A stretch of 63,046 nucleotides of DNA, filler included, from Squatina squatina (Eukaryota): assembly GCA_031763465.1 (NCBI GenBank). It is 4 parts of 4 records of this genome, joined end to end, with 100 filler letters (N's around TTAATTAATTAA, not from the genome) between each part and the next. Parts side by side here need not be neighbours in the genome. Positions count along the whole stretch, not along the records: positions 19,176 to 34,384 come from JARFOE010000176.1; positions 34,485 to 49,545 come from JARFOE010000001.1; 2 more parts are not named here. The stretch is one strand, 5' to 3'. The translations under genes and the position numbers were made by a program. The notes below the pieces were generated by a model. That model was not told the origin of the DNA, searched no databases, and was given only the letters and a program-made list of their open reading frames with translations. Of this stretch, positions 22,086-34,794 are shown piece by piece (position 1 is the first letter of the stretch; each line of letters opens with the position of its first letter).

Positions 22086-22300
22086 GGGCCCGTCTGCTCT
22101 CTCAGGTAGACGTAAAAGATCCTATGGCACTATTTCAAAGAGGAGCAGGGGAGTGATCCCCAGAGACCTGGCCAATATTTATCCCTCAATCAACATCACT
22201 TAAAACAGATTATCTGGTCATTATCACATTGCTGTTTGTGGGAGCTTGCTGTGCACAAATTGGCTGCCGCATTTCCTACAACAGTGACTACACTTCAAAA
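22086..22300 (+). mobile_element. Deu-domain SINE (SacSINE1/AmnSINE1-like), 5' truncated
   Basis: ggcccgtctgctctctcaggtagacgtaaaagatcctatggcactatt...ctggccaatatttatccctcaatcaacatcac...ggagcttgctgtgcacaaattggctgcc is the recognisable Deu core. Confidence 0.85.
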
Positions 22301-23609
22301 ACTGTTATATCCTTTGCATAGGGTATGCCCAGAATTATGCGCCAAATGTGGTATAATAACTATCTTGTACAAATTCAATAACACCTCATTGCATTTGCAA
22401 TCATTGCCGCTTAAGTATTTTGCATATATCCAGAATCCCATTTGGTTCTTTTTTTTTTGGCCTCTTCTACCTGTACTCCAACCTTAAAGATCAAATATAT
22501 TTGTATCCCCTTGATTCTTTGTTCTTCCATTCTGTTGAGAATGTTGCTGCTTACTTCCTTTCACTGTTCTTTGTATAAGAATTTGTTATTTCATACACAC
22601 TGCATTGAATTTCATCTGTACGTAACTGCCCAATCTGATTCCTGTCCTCTTGCATTCTTGTTTAGTTTGTCATGGCCCCTAACTTGGTCATCAGAAAATT
22701 TAAATATAATTTCTACTGTGCTCCTGGTCAAAATCTTGTATATAAAATGGAAAAGAGGTCTCAGCAGACATACCTGTGGTACCTTACTACCTACTCCTGC
22801 CAATCTGAAATAATATTCATTTGCCCTTATTTTCTGTCCTATAGCCAGCTCTCTATCCATGTACTGTATGTTACTGAGGAGCCACAGGCTGATTTGCAAT
22901 GATGGCAGTGATTTTGGTTAATATTGTATGGTGCAGTTTGTTGCATAATCCAGACTTCCCTGTGCTATTGGGAGAGATGCTGAATGTCAGACAAGTCATA
23001 TGAAAGTATGCAGAATCCTTTGTTGTTTTTTGTATGTAAGATTTCAGCGAAGTCTAATGGTGAACATGAAATTTTTATACTATGTCCACTTGAAATGTGA
23101 AAACGCCTAGCTATACAGTTATAGATTCTGCCTTTCCAAACTTGGCTTGGAACTGGAGAGAGCATTTTGAAGATTATAAAATGTGACGTTCTGGTATTTA
23201 GAGATCTATCAGTGTCTAATGGTTGGAATGATTTGAGGTGATAAATTCAGACTATTGGACAAAAAGTAATTTGCCAGTGGTTTTTTTTTTTGTTTTGCTT
23301 CAGTATATTGGTAGCTATATATACTAGATAATCTTGGTGACACTTCTATTTATGGAATGTTTAATCGATATTCTGAATGGCAGTTATCAGGACTGAAGGT
23401 CCTTCAGTTCCACCTCACTGACCACAACACTCGTTAAACAAAAGCAGAAAAGCTTTTTTTGCGGTCTCATCACTTTACAATCCAGCTAGAAACCCACTGA
23501 ACAATAACTGTTTATTCCGCTCTACCATTTTGTTTTTATTTCTGATTTTCATTATTTACAGTTTCTGTTAATTGCTACTGTTTATTCATCAGATTCCAGC
23601 TGTTTGTTA

Positions 23610-23770
23610 AATTCTATATTTAAGGCAGAGATTGACAGATTTTTGGATATTAAGGGATATGGGGATAGAGCGGGAAGGTGGAGTTGCAGTAGAAGATCAT
23701 CCATGATCTTACTGAATGGTGGAGCAGGCTCGAAGGGCCGCATGGCCTACTTCTGCTCCTGTTACGTTCT
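23610..23770 (+). mobile_element. CR1 LINE 3' end
   Basis: LNSIFKAEIDRFLDIKGYG followed by the CR1 tail. Confidence 0.8.
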
Positions 23771-24612
23771 GCAATGTTCTAGGCTCAGTTTAATCTTTGG
23801 TCTGTTCCTTTCTGTTCCTCCTTCCAATTTTTGCCACAGATTTGCAACATTGGGTGATTATACTTAAACCTGGGTGATGCATGCTTAAATTCTCTTTTTT
23901 AAGTGCTTAAGTTTTAAAATTGATAGAAATCAGGCCAAAGATAAACTGACATATTATAAAATATTCTTGAATTTACTTCAGAATTTTTTTTAAAAATGAG
24001 CCTAAAAATAAGCCTTTTTAATAATCAGTACTCAAGTTAAATAATTTAGACACCTCTCATCTAGCTGGAAAGTCGTGACCAGCAGTGTCCTGAGGGTTTC
24101 TGTGAATGTGTCTGTTAAATGTTGAAAATAGCTGGTTGCTCATGAAACTAAACCGGTGGGAAGAGTGGGTGACGTTGTGACTTGGTTTAACATCAGTTAG
24201 ATGAGATGAAAGTTTCATCCATTTGCTGGCTTTGAATATCCTATGTGCAATGAGCATGGATGGTTTGAAAGCAGTTCCCAATGGCTTATGGATCAGCAGC
24301 AGAAAACTGTCCTTATTTTATTTATAATTTGCAATCCCACTTAGGGTTACAGATGGCTGTAATGGAAGAATATTAAATTAGTGCAACAATAAAGATATTC
24401 TTCTATGATGTGCCTGAGGCACATGGTTGATGCAGAATGGAGGGAAGCTTATTCTGCACCAAACTGTGGTGTCTTTGACCTTGGAGTGCTTGATGCAGAC
24501 CCTGGGTGCTAAATACCAATGTACCTCATCTTAATGAGCACAAAAATTCACATGCAAAAGCCATAAGAACCTAGTTTGTATAAATACTAAAAAAAATTGT
24601 TTTGATTTTAAG

Positions 24613-24756
24613 GCCGCAGCATCTTTCAGGACTCGAGATGGTTCGTGATTTATGTGATGGTCACCTTGAAGACGCAAAAGTCGGTTCGACAGAAATCTCC
24701 TTTTCTCCGGGTAAAATCAAAGGAGGAAACCATGTTGCAGATACAAAAACAGCTGG
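24613..24756 (+). CDS. RTCA: RTCA (RNA 3'-terminal phosphate cyclase) exon
   Basis: ttttaag|G ... GG|gtaagt, 144 nt. [49 protein letters not shown] matches human RTCA, which neighbours CDC14A in human. Confidence 0.95.
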
Positions 24757-26140
24757 GTAAGTACTGACGCTAGGTTAACTTTTATTTCGGAGGAAAAAAA
24801 GGAGCCTAACTCTAGCAGAACTGAGGTAATCAATTGATTTTCCTTGTACTTATTAATACAAGCAGAGCTCAATACTAGAGTCGTAGTCATTATGGCACAG
24901 AAGGATGCCATTTGGCTCATCAAGTCCATGCCAGCTCTCTTTTTANNNNNNNNNNNNNNNNNNNNNNNNNNNNNNNNNNNNNNNNNNNNNNNNNNNNNNN
25001 NNNNNNNNNNNNNNNNNNNNNNNNNNNNNNNNNNNNNNNNNNNNNTGCTGTGAAGTGTATGTTACCATAAACATTGTGCACAATCGCCCTATATTACAGT
25101 TTAGTATTTACAGTGACACGCATTCTGGTCTGGACAAGCGGACTATTTATTTATTCGTGTTGCACCCTTTCAGAGGGAGTGCTTGGAATTGCCTCAGTAT
25201 TGGCCTGAATAAAATAGGACACATATGCTATCCTAGTAAATGGTGCAGGTTCCTTACTGCAGAATTATTATTTTCAATATACGACAATTTAGCTATTGCA
25301 AAGTACTGGCACTCTTATTTTTAAATGTTCTCCGGGGCTTGTCCTTGTCTGATCCCAGCGTCATCCTTTGAAACTGATCGCAGTTTGACAACTTCACTTG
25401 TGCTGCTTCTCAAACTATTGCATTGAGTGGCTGCAAGCAGCAGACACCATATTGATGTATAATTGATTTGTACCATTATTTGTCTCTCCTGCACAAAGAC
25501 TTGTACACTAAACCATGAGAAATTATTCATGATAGTGTCTATTTATAACGAGTTGTCAGGCTGTGCCCTTTCTGTGTGATGGAACATTAGACACTGGACT
25601 GACGTTCAGATGAGTGTAATTTACAGTGAGTTTAGATTTCACGGAATGGATGCATGCCCGGGCTTCTGATAATTTGTTGCGAAACCCCACTTCATTGTGG
25701 CTGATTCCGCTTTTCGACCTGTATCTAACAACTTTCACCCAAGCCTTTCTGCTCCCTACTTAAGTGCGTTTGGAATATAGCCGCTGTTTAATTCGCCAAA
25801 GCAAAGAGGTAGTGGAATGCGATTATGTGAGGGTGTGAATGGCCCCGCTGTGCTGGACTTAGCAGCCCCCGGGTGCGGGGGTCAGTGGCTACTCATTTGT
25901 TAGTTTCCAGGTACGTGGGTATAGGCGTGGAGACGTCACAAAGCCCCAGCTAGTGCTGAAACTCATCCCAACTGCAAGCTGCCAGGAACCCAAACCTGTC
26001 CCCTCTCCTAACGAAATCCAATGCNNNNNNNNNNNNNNNNNNNNNNNNNNNNNNNNNNNNNNNNNNNNNNNNNNNNNNNNNNNNNNNNNNNNNNNNNNNN
26101 NNNNNNNNNNNNNNNNNNNNNNNNAAATTTCAAAGACCCA

Positions 26141-26941
26141 AGGGGCCCAATTCATCTTCCATGCGTGCCCTGTTAGCGCCGGCAGTCGGTGTTAACTGGG
26201 CGTTAGCACTTGCGTCAGCTAGTGGCGTTCCAGGAGCGGTTTCTGGAATTGGTGGGGCTTTTTCCGATGGCACGGACAGGTAGCGTTGCCAGAGCACTAG
26301 CAGTCTGAGGAGGGTCAGCGCACGGTGATGATGACGCAATGCCCGTGTGCATCGCCGAGTGTGCGCCACATCGAGGAAGTGTCAGTGGTCGGTGCCCCGG
26401 ACCTCCACGGAGGGCGCTGACAACAATGGAAGACACAAGCGCTGCCAGGCCGCAACGCGGAAGTGGCAGTGCGATTTAAAGGTGCCATGATGGCAGGCCA
26501 TTGTGTCGGCCAATTTTTGCAAGTGGTGCAAGGAGGTCTTAGCATTAACTTGGGGCCCGACACCAACGATTTTGAAAGTACTGTCTGAGCATCATTGGTC
26601 ACGGGGACAGTGCAGAGTTGCACACATTAAGGGAAAAATGGGCATGTGCAGTTCTGGTAGCTGTGCTGGTAGTTGACCACCTTCTGCATGCACATCACCA
26701 GATGTTCCTTCGCCAAAGAGAGAGGCGTAGAAAACAACGGAGGCAACGGCTCCTACTGCAGGAGGCTGCATGGGTCGAGCATGCAGAGGGAGAAGGGCAG
26801 CTACAAGAGCAGGGACAAGTGCTTGTCAACATTGAAAGGCGCAGGCACAGAGAAAGGGCGAGGCACCGGGACGACGAGGCCCAACAACCTGCACAGGAAC
26901 ACCCAGAGGAAGAGGCTGCAGTTGGAAGAAGGAGGCCCTGA
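26141..26941 (+). mobile_element. Harbinger element 5' end with transposase N-terminus, truncated
   Basis: A GC-rich island begins GGGGCCCAATT. ORF 26618-26941 is R/Q/E-rich and ends RRRP, like the region preceding the HARBI1-type HTH, before an abrupt switch to AT-rich DNA. Confidence 0.55.
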
Positions 26942-28669
26942 CCCTCTAGTTTTTGTTTTAAATGCCAACTTGCTTGTTATGGTCAAACTTGTCAATTGTA
27001 AGTAATGTGTTTCTATTTTTCTAGTATGACTAAACTCCTAGACTGCTTTACAACTTGTCTTTTAGAAATTACCTTTTCAACTAAATAAAATCTAAAATCA
27101 AAAAATCTCAATCTAAAGATATAACCTCATTAAATGAAATGGGATCAGATAAAGTTCTGAATCCTAGGGTGCAAAGTGTTTTTGTTGGTTTTGTGTACTT
27201 TTGAACTTTGAGTGCCACATATAAAGTTAGAAATCCATGTTCCCATTACTTTTCATGTGTCTCAAGCTGCACTTACTAACCCAATCTTGGTGTTCCAATT
27301 TAGTATTTATCCACAAATGTTACAAAACAAAATTTTTAGAATGTTAAAAATGAGCCGATAGCCACTAATTTGTATTTTGCTTGCTCTCTATATTTAACTT
27401 TTTTCCTCTAATATGACTTGCAAACTTCAATGCAGTTATTCTTTTATGAATTGTTGTAATGCTTCAAAATGTTTTACTTGTACAAAACTTAATTTCTTTG
27501 TAATTGGAAACCTGTACATATGAACTTGCTCCATAACTGCATAAATTGTGATTAGATCTGAATATATTAAATGCCTGTTGTATATAAATTGTCCACTGTG
27601 AATAAATTGATCATTTATAATGAAACTTGTTAATTTTCTCTAGTTTCAATGATATAATTAAAGAGATGTGACAAATAGGAAAGCAGGTGTGGGAACAAGA
27701 GACACATAGGTCAGGATTGAGACTGGGAAGGAACCTGTGACGCTTAGAAGTAGTGCCTGGGCTGCAGTAGCACCTGGGAGTCGTCTAAATATGTCACACC
27801 ATGGTTACAGTATAATTGCACTGTTGTTTGTGTTGTGGTGGAGATTGGAATGCAGGGTCGCTTATGGATGTTGCCATGCGGTTGCTTGGCCTAGAACCCT
27901 AGACCTCAGCTGGATAAATTAGACTACTTTTGATTGGGAAGGAGCCCACTCTCAGGATGTGCTGTAAATCATTTTTCTCCTTCCCCCAAAGCCCACACAG
28001 TTAAATGCTATTGGATTGAAGACCATAATTTTGAATGTCAAATTCTCAAAGACTAAGCTTTCCAGGTTGTGGTGTCATGGGTCAGATTTGATTTAAACTA
28101 CAGGTAAGAGAACTTAGCTCACAGAGAGTAAGAAAGAAAGGCAAGTATACATAAGCTCTGATGATCCTCCAAACTTTTTAATGGCATTTAGTCCATGCTG
28201 TAAGCCATAATTTGTACTGTTGGTTTGAGACCGATGGGAACCCAAATCTGATCTCCAATTGCCATCTTGGCTGTAGCCAATCTGGAGCTCAGATTTCGTC
28301 TTGTGAGCAGGTGTTGTACTGAGACCAGTTCAAAGGTGGAACACTATGAATGCTTGTGGATTTGGAACCACATTCCAGTGTTGTCACTTTGTTGTTTTCT
28401 TTCCAGCTTGTAGTACTGTAATGGAGAAACAGGAAAGTAATTTTTCAACATGATTATTTGCCCCAGTGGTAATTTCTTTAATTTAATATTTCCAAATACT
28501 TGGAGCCGAACCACACAAGACCACAGGAGATTAAATACTGATTTAAGTGGAATAGGGATACTCTGGGGAAAGATTTTCTTTCTCTTTTGATGTGTTTTGA
28601 ACAAGAGGTGTGTTTGTGCGTACATATGTGTCTGTTTCTAAACCTGTTTGTGCATGTGTGGGTGTTTTT

Positions 28670-28859
28670 TTTATTTGTTCCTGGGATGTGGGCGTCGCTG
28701 GCAATGCCAGCATTTATTGCCCATCCCTAGTTGCCCTTGAGACAGTGGTGATGAGCTGCCTTCTTGAACCTCTGCGGTCCTTGTGGTGACTTTTTGTAGC
28801 AGTTGTTTACAACTGAGTGGTTTGCTGGGCCATTTCAGAGGGCAGATAAGAGTCAACCA
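28670..28859 (-). mobile_element. Non-LTR retrotransposon 3' tail (same family as 33795-34360)
   Basis: gggatgtgggcgtcgctggc...catttattgcccatccct..ttgcccttgaga...ggtgatgagctgccttcttgaac is shared with 33807-33895. Confidence 0.75.
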
Positions 28860-29067
28860 NNNNNNNNNNNNNNNNNNNNNNNNNNNNNNNNNNNNNNNNN
28901 NNNNNNNNNNNNNNNNNNNNNNNNNNNNNNNNNNNNNNNNNNNNNNNNNNNNNNNNNNNATCACACAGTATGTATGCTTTTGGGTTATGTAGCTATCGTA
29001 ATTATTTTTAGACTTAAGTGCTAATCGTTTGAATACATGCGTCATGTGTATATTAATTATTTTTCAG

Positions 29068-29130
29068 GCCCTCCAACATGGCTTTCTTAATTTTGAAAAA
29101 TTTGATGTGGATGAATATGAGCACTATGAG
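29068..29130 (+). CDS. CDC14A: CDC14A exon (ALQHGFLNFEKFDVDEYEHYE), GC donor
   Basis: ttttcag| ... GAG|gcaagt, 63 nt, joining in frame to RVENGD. Confidence 0.9.
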
Positions 29131-29631
29131 GCAAGTTCTCTCCCATATTGTGTACCTTGAATAATTGTAGTTTTATTACTGCAGAAAATTTGCGGTACTT
29201 CAGATTTATATGAAGTAAAATATAGAATTAATGATGGATGTAGCTTACTGAAGGAGGAGATGTGTAACATGGACCAATCCTTGCTTCTCCGTAGGTGGTC
29301 TGGCAACCTGTTCTTGGGGCCTCTAGAAACAAAACTCTATAATTGGCTGTTCTTGCATGGCCCGTGTTGACTATCTGCTAATGTGTTCTAACTCTCATGG
29401 CTTCCACTATGCCTTCCTCCTCTGAACAGTATACCATTGATCAAGAATTCTGTGGGAATCATAATTGCTGGTGTAGCTAATCTGGCTACTGAATGACTGG
29501 AAGCCAGTGTTCCCATAGTATGTATGTGTGTACCTTCCACTGGATTTGTATTTCACATTAACCATTGAGAACTTTTAAGTCTAAGCAACATCACCTAAGT
29601 GTTGTTCGTGATGAGCATTTCTTCTCTGCAG

Positions 29632-29719
29632 CGTGTAGAAAATGGTGATATTAACTGGATCATCAATGGCAAATTCCTGGCTTTCAGTGGACCCCATCCA
29701 AAAAGCAAAGTTGAAAATG
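29632..29719 (+). CDS. CDC14A: CDC14A exon ([30 protein letters not shown])
   Basis: ttctctgcag| ... G|gtgagg, 88 nt. Matches human CDC14[31 protein letters not shown]. Confidence 0.93.
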
Positions 29720-31542
29720 GTGAGGAAAACATTTAAACCGTCTTGAAGGTTCTACCAGTTTAGCACTTCTTGCAGCAATCCATGCACAAGCTGTAAATGT
29801 TAATATTCTGCAGACTAATGAGTACTGTTCAAGTTTGAGCAAGTTAATTTTTCAAAAACATTTTTCATAGTGATTCTTCTGCTGTTTTGTGCCTTTTTTT
29901 AAAGCTGTGTAACACGTGCAGGTCACAAATGTGTGGTGAGGAGCTGTGGAATTATTATTTAAAATGTTAGATTTTGTGTCGATTAACAAACAATTAGATG
30001 ATCTGATTGCCCAAGGGTGAAAAAAATTGAATTGTGGTCAGTCTTATTCATGGGATTTAGGTAAATTCCCATGGCACCTCAAGTGTTCAATTTATGCTAC
30101 ATTGGGTGATTAAAATTCAAATTGGATGTAAATTTTAAACAGGAACTAGAGGTAACTAGACTTTATGGTAGTGGCACTGTGAAATTCCTCTGTTATTTTT
30201 GCTGTCGTCTTCATTAAATATGAACGTTTTTCTGGAGGTTACATCATTCCCTAAGATTACTCATGAAAGAAACCAGTTTTAATGAGTCAATTTTGAAGTC
30301 AATTCCAGTTTGCTGGCAACAGATGGCACTGCTGCACAGCTAACTGGGTTCAGTATTCCAAAAGAATCAGTTGCAATCAGCATTATGCTAAAAGNNNNNN
30401 NNNNNNNNNNNNNNNNNNNNNNNNNNNNNNNNNNNNNNNNNNNNNNNNNNNNNNNNNNNNNNNNNNNNNNNNNNNNNNNNNNNNNNNNNNNNNNNNNNNN
30501 NNNNNNNNNNNNNNNNNNNNNNNNNNNNNNNNNNNNNNNNNNNNNNNNNNNNNNNNNNNNNNNNNNNNNNNNNNNNNNNNNNNNNNNNNNNNNNNNNNNN
30601 NNNNNNNNNNNNNNNNNNNNNNNNNNNNNNNNNNNNNNNNNNNNNNNNNNNNNNNNNNNNNNNNNNNNNNNNNNNNNNNNNNNNNNNNNNNNNNNNNNNN
30701 NNNNNNNNNNNNNNNNNNNNNNNNNNNNNNNNNNNNNNNNNNNNNNNNNNNNNNNNNNNNNNNNNNNNNNNNNNNNNNNNNNNNNNNNNNNNNNNNNNNN
30801 NNNNNNNNNNNNNNNNNNNNNNNNNNNNNNNNNNNNNNNNNNNNNNNNNNNNNNNNNNNNNNNNNNNNNNNNNNNNNNNNNNNNNNNNNNNNNNNNNNNN
30901 NNNNNNNNNNNNNNNNNNNNNNNNTTTGTTTGGTGCCAGCCCAGGAATTACAAAATTGATTTAATTAAATTTCACAACTTGCTGCCATGGGATTTGAATT
31001 GAGTATTCTAACCACTGAACTGTTATACACACAGTATTGAATTTGGGTGGATATTGCGGTGTAAATTATACTGGTAGCGTGTCCTGTTTATATTAATGTG
31101 CAGTCCCTTTAAATTCCTGTGCAAGCAATGTAAAAGCCAGTGAGCGGACTGCGCAGGACCTTTGAGATTAATGTGCGGACCATTCTCTGGGCAGCGTAGT
31201 CTCTTCTGAAATGTGGAAGGATGCAGTCCTAATAAGTATATCCTGAGTGATGAGGGATAGTGACTCTGGCAAAGAGTAAACAGAGTTTCAGTAAGCTCAT
31301 GGGCGCATTTCCTTCTGGATTTTTGGCAGTTATTCCAGACTGCTAATTGGAAGAAGCATTCACCTTTTAAAACTGGCAGCTCCACTGAAGATCAGTTCAG
31401 TACTTCAAATAGAAAGAAGGCATGGGGTGCTTTTATACGGTGTGGAAAAAGTTATGTCGTCTTGCACAGTGTGCTTTTAAAGGGTTTTAAATAACTTTTT
31501 TTGCATTCGGATTAACTTGGGTTCTTTTTAAATAACCCTTAG

Positions 31543-31773
31543 GCTATCCTCTCCATGCACCAGAAGCATATTTTCCATACTTCAGGAAACATGGTGTTAC
31601 CACGATCATAAGACTCAACAAGAAAATTTATGACGCTAAACGCTTCACAGACGCTGGGTTTGAACACTACGACCTCTTCTTTGTAGATGGGAGCACACCA
31701 AGTGATTCCATTGTGAAAAGGTTTTTAACAATATGTGAGAATGAAGAAGGGGCTATTGCTGTACATTGCAAAG
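31543..31773 (+). CDS. CDC14A: CDC14A exon reaching the catalytic HCK motif
   Basis: cccttag| ... AAAG|gtatgt, 231 nt. Reads [18 protein letters not shown]...DGSTPSD...GAIAVHCK. Confidence 0.95.
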
Positions 31774-32776
31774 GTATGTCTTTGTGAAGTGATAACGCCA
31801 TTACTTTGTTTCTTGGNNNNNNNNNNTGGCAACAGCCATTAAGGTTAATTAATTATTTCCTCCATGACTGTCCTCCTTCGGCTGTGAGGGCATGATGGGT
31901 CTGCAGGTTTCTTCCAAGGCCTTGACAGTGGTGCTTTGTAAGAGAATATAAGGCACTGTGTTCCTCCTTGCCCTTTGTGTAGAGTGCATCTTACTCAAAT
32001 ATGCAAGCTAATTGTGGAAGAATAGCTCCTGTATACAGGTAGGAACCAGTGATTTGAGTTTGGGATATTTGTAGCATTTGTGCACAAACCATTTTATAGC
32101 AGGAGAAACTTAAATAAACTGACAACTGAGGTACGGAAATAAAAGTCTGATTTCAATCTAACCAAAAACTTCAAGTCAGAAATACTTTACAATTAATGCT
32201 ATATGTGTGTTCAATTTTATGTGCTGAATTTGCTTTACTACAGTACTTGCACCATGTAAATATGTAATACCTACTGAAATTACTAAACTAATGTATAATA
32301 TTAGCAATTTGGTAATATAGGATTACAGATGGTAATCTCTTCAGAAACTGAAATGAGATAATAAATAACGAAATAATTTAAAAGTTACAGAAATCCTGCT
32401 TTCATCTTGAAAGTGCTAAGATCCATCTGAGGTGTTCAACATTGTTTCGTTGTATTTTACTGATGGGGAAGTACAGTGAAACCTGTATAAACGTACACTG
32501 CTTTAAAACAGATTGGGCACTTATTGAAAGACTCAAATAACTTGCATGGTAAAATATGCAAGAGGCACTCCAAAACCAGGGACACTTGTATATTACAAAC
32601 TGTGGACAACCTTCAATGCATCAAGCCCTTTTTTTTTGTCCTGTGACTGCCCTAATATTGGTAAGTAGAACTGAGAAACACTGCCCATTACTGAAGTTAC
32701 ACTGTGCTCCAAGTGTGAGCGGTTTGAAATGAAACCGGAATTTTAACTGAAAAACTGTTAAGCGCACAGAGCTTAA

Positions 32777-32779
<3 letters not shown>

Positions 32780-32824
<45 letters not shown>
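32780..32824. repeat. (TG)n microsatellite, about 22 units
   Basis: Directly visible. Confidence 0.97.
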
Positions 32825-32826
<2 letters not shown>

Positions 32827-33794
32827 AGGGATTCTTAATGTGGTTGCAACTGATTAGATGCTGATAATCTCAGCTGGTCTTCAGGATTGTTAGGGACATT
32901 TTTGCAGTACATACAATAACCATTTTGAAAATAAGGACACCTGCAAAAAAAGACAGCTGATGTCAGCTCCTTATGTGTCTAACTTACAGGTTTCACTACT
33001 GCTTTTTAGTTTTTAATGATTGGACTATTCATGTACAAATGGGATTTTTTTTAATGTATCTATCTATAATCTAATATCTCAAATCTATGCATCTCACGCC
33101 CTTCCTGTCTCTAAAATTTTGCATCCCGTTGTCACCTTTTTGTTACCTTTTCTTATTATAAATTCCTATGTCCATTTCATGATGGAGACTTGCTATAATT
33201 ACACTCTCTCACCATTGTTGGCACAGGAGTTCCTCTGTTCATCTTCCAGCTCCTCTGGGCTAAGTAGGAAAGCAGCCACTCGGTAGTTTCGGTTAGTGAA
33301 AATATTGATGATTAATTTGCTGTGCAATAAAAACATTGGGACCAAGGTTAAGATAGATATTTCAAGGGTATTGGAGCTTGTAACAGAGTTAGAGCTGGGA
33401 GTTTGTCCTGTTGGAATCAGTAATAAGTAAATTAACTTGTCTGCATTAGAATAAATTTGGAGGATAATTATCATTTAGACTGATATAGCCGTGAAAAACA
33501 TTACCTGGTGTGCGTGACAGCTGCGGCTATATGTAATAAGTATATAAAATATATTTAGGACTTTTGCTTTCTCCCCTCCACCTTTCTTTCTTTCTGTCTC
33601 TCTCTACATGTGTGCGTCTTTCTCTTTCTCTCGCTTCTCTTTTCCCCCCCCCACCCCTCCACAGCCGCCATATACATCCTACTTTCTCTGTCAGCCTCAT
33701 TTTTCCCACACACTATTCAGTCCTTTACAAGAAACTACTCTCAGAAGTTGGCATGTAGTTGTAAGGAGCTAAACCAGGTAAATGAGTTTTTTAC

Positions 33795-34360
33795 TTATTC
33801 ATTCATGGGATGTGGGTAACACTGGCAAGGCCAACATTTATTTCCCATCCCTAATTGTCCTTGAGAAAATGGTGGTGAGCCACCTTCTTGAGCTGCTGCT
33901 GTCATTGTGGTGAAGGTACTCCCACAGTGCGGTAAGGGAGGGAGTTCCAGGATTTTGACCCAGTGACAGTGAAGGAACGGCGATATACTTCCAAGTCAGG
34001 ATGGCATGTGACTTGGAGGAAAACGTGGAGTTCCCATGTGCCTGCTGCCCTTGTTCCCTCTAGGTGGTAGAAGTTGTGGGTTTGTACTGCCAAAGAAGCC
34101 TTGGCGAGTTGCTGCAGTTTAGAGGTACAGACTGCAGCCACGGTACGCCGGTGGTGGAGTAAGTGAATGTTAAATGTGGTGGCTGGGGTACCAATCAAGT
34201 AGGCTGCATTGTCCTGGATGGTGTCGAGCTTCTTGAGTGTTGTTAGAGCTGCACTCATCCAGGCAAGTGGAAAGTATTCCTTCACAATCCTGGCTTGTGC
34301 CTTGCAAATGATGGAAAGGCTTTGGGGAGTTAGGAGGTGAGACATTTGCCGTAGAATACA
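33795..34360 (-). mobile_element. Non-LTR retrotransposon ORF2 C-terminus and 3' tail (CR1/Zenon-like)
   Basis: ICKAQARIVKEYFPLAWMSAALTTLKKLDTIQDNAAYLIG...HRRTVAAVCT...RRSFTVTGSKSWNSLP resembles LINE RT C-termini (YK.Q.R..MEY...W). The clade assignment is tentative. Confidence 0.8.
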
Positions 34361-34384
34361 TAAGAACATAAGAAATAGGAGCAG

Positions 34385-34484
34385 NNNNNNNNNNNNNNNN
34401 NNNNNNNNNNNNNNNNNNNNNNNNNNNNTTAATTAATTAANNNNNNNNNNNNNNNNNNNNNNNNNNNNNNNNNNNNNNNNNNNN
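34385..34484. other. Artificial scaffold-joining spacer (N44-TTAATTAATTAA-N44)
   Basis: TTAATTAATTAA at 34429-34440. Confidence 0.95.
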
Positions 34485-34502
34485 TTGATACTTAAGTCAG
34501 AC

Positions 34503-34794
34503 CTGATAATTTTGCGAAGTGACTGGTGGAGGTGGTGGAGGGGCTTCTTGTTGCCGCTGTGTGTATCCATAGTCTGCTGCAGTATGCGCTGTTTGGTACC
34601 CTCCATAGGCTGCTGTGGCAGCAGCTGCCGCTGCTGCTGCTGCTGCTGCAGCAGGAACAGGTCTGGCTGCTGTCGCAGCAGCTGCTGGAGCATAGGCTGC
34701 TGTAACAGCATGAGCAGCTACTGGGGCCTGATGGACTGTGTAGCTGCCAGCTGTGGTTGGATGGGAGTATGCAATGCCAGTGGCCGGCTGTTGG
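34503..34794 (-). CDS. ZFR: ZFR coding exon 3
   Basis: tttttgactag|C ... CAG|gtctga, 292 nt. [26 protein letters not shown]...[24 protein letters not shown] matches human ZFR. Confidence 0.95.
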
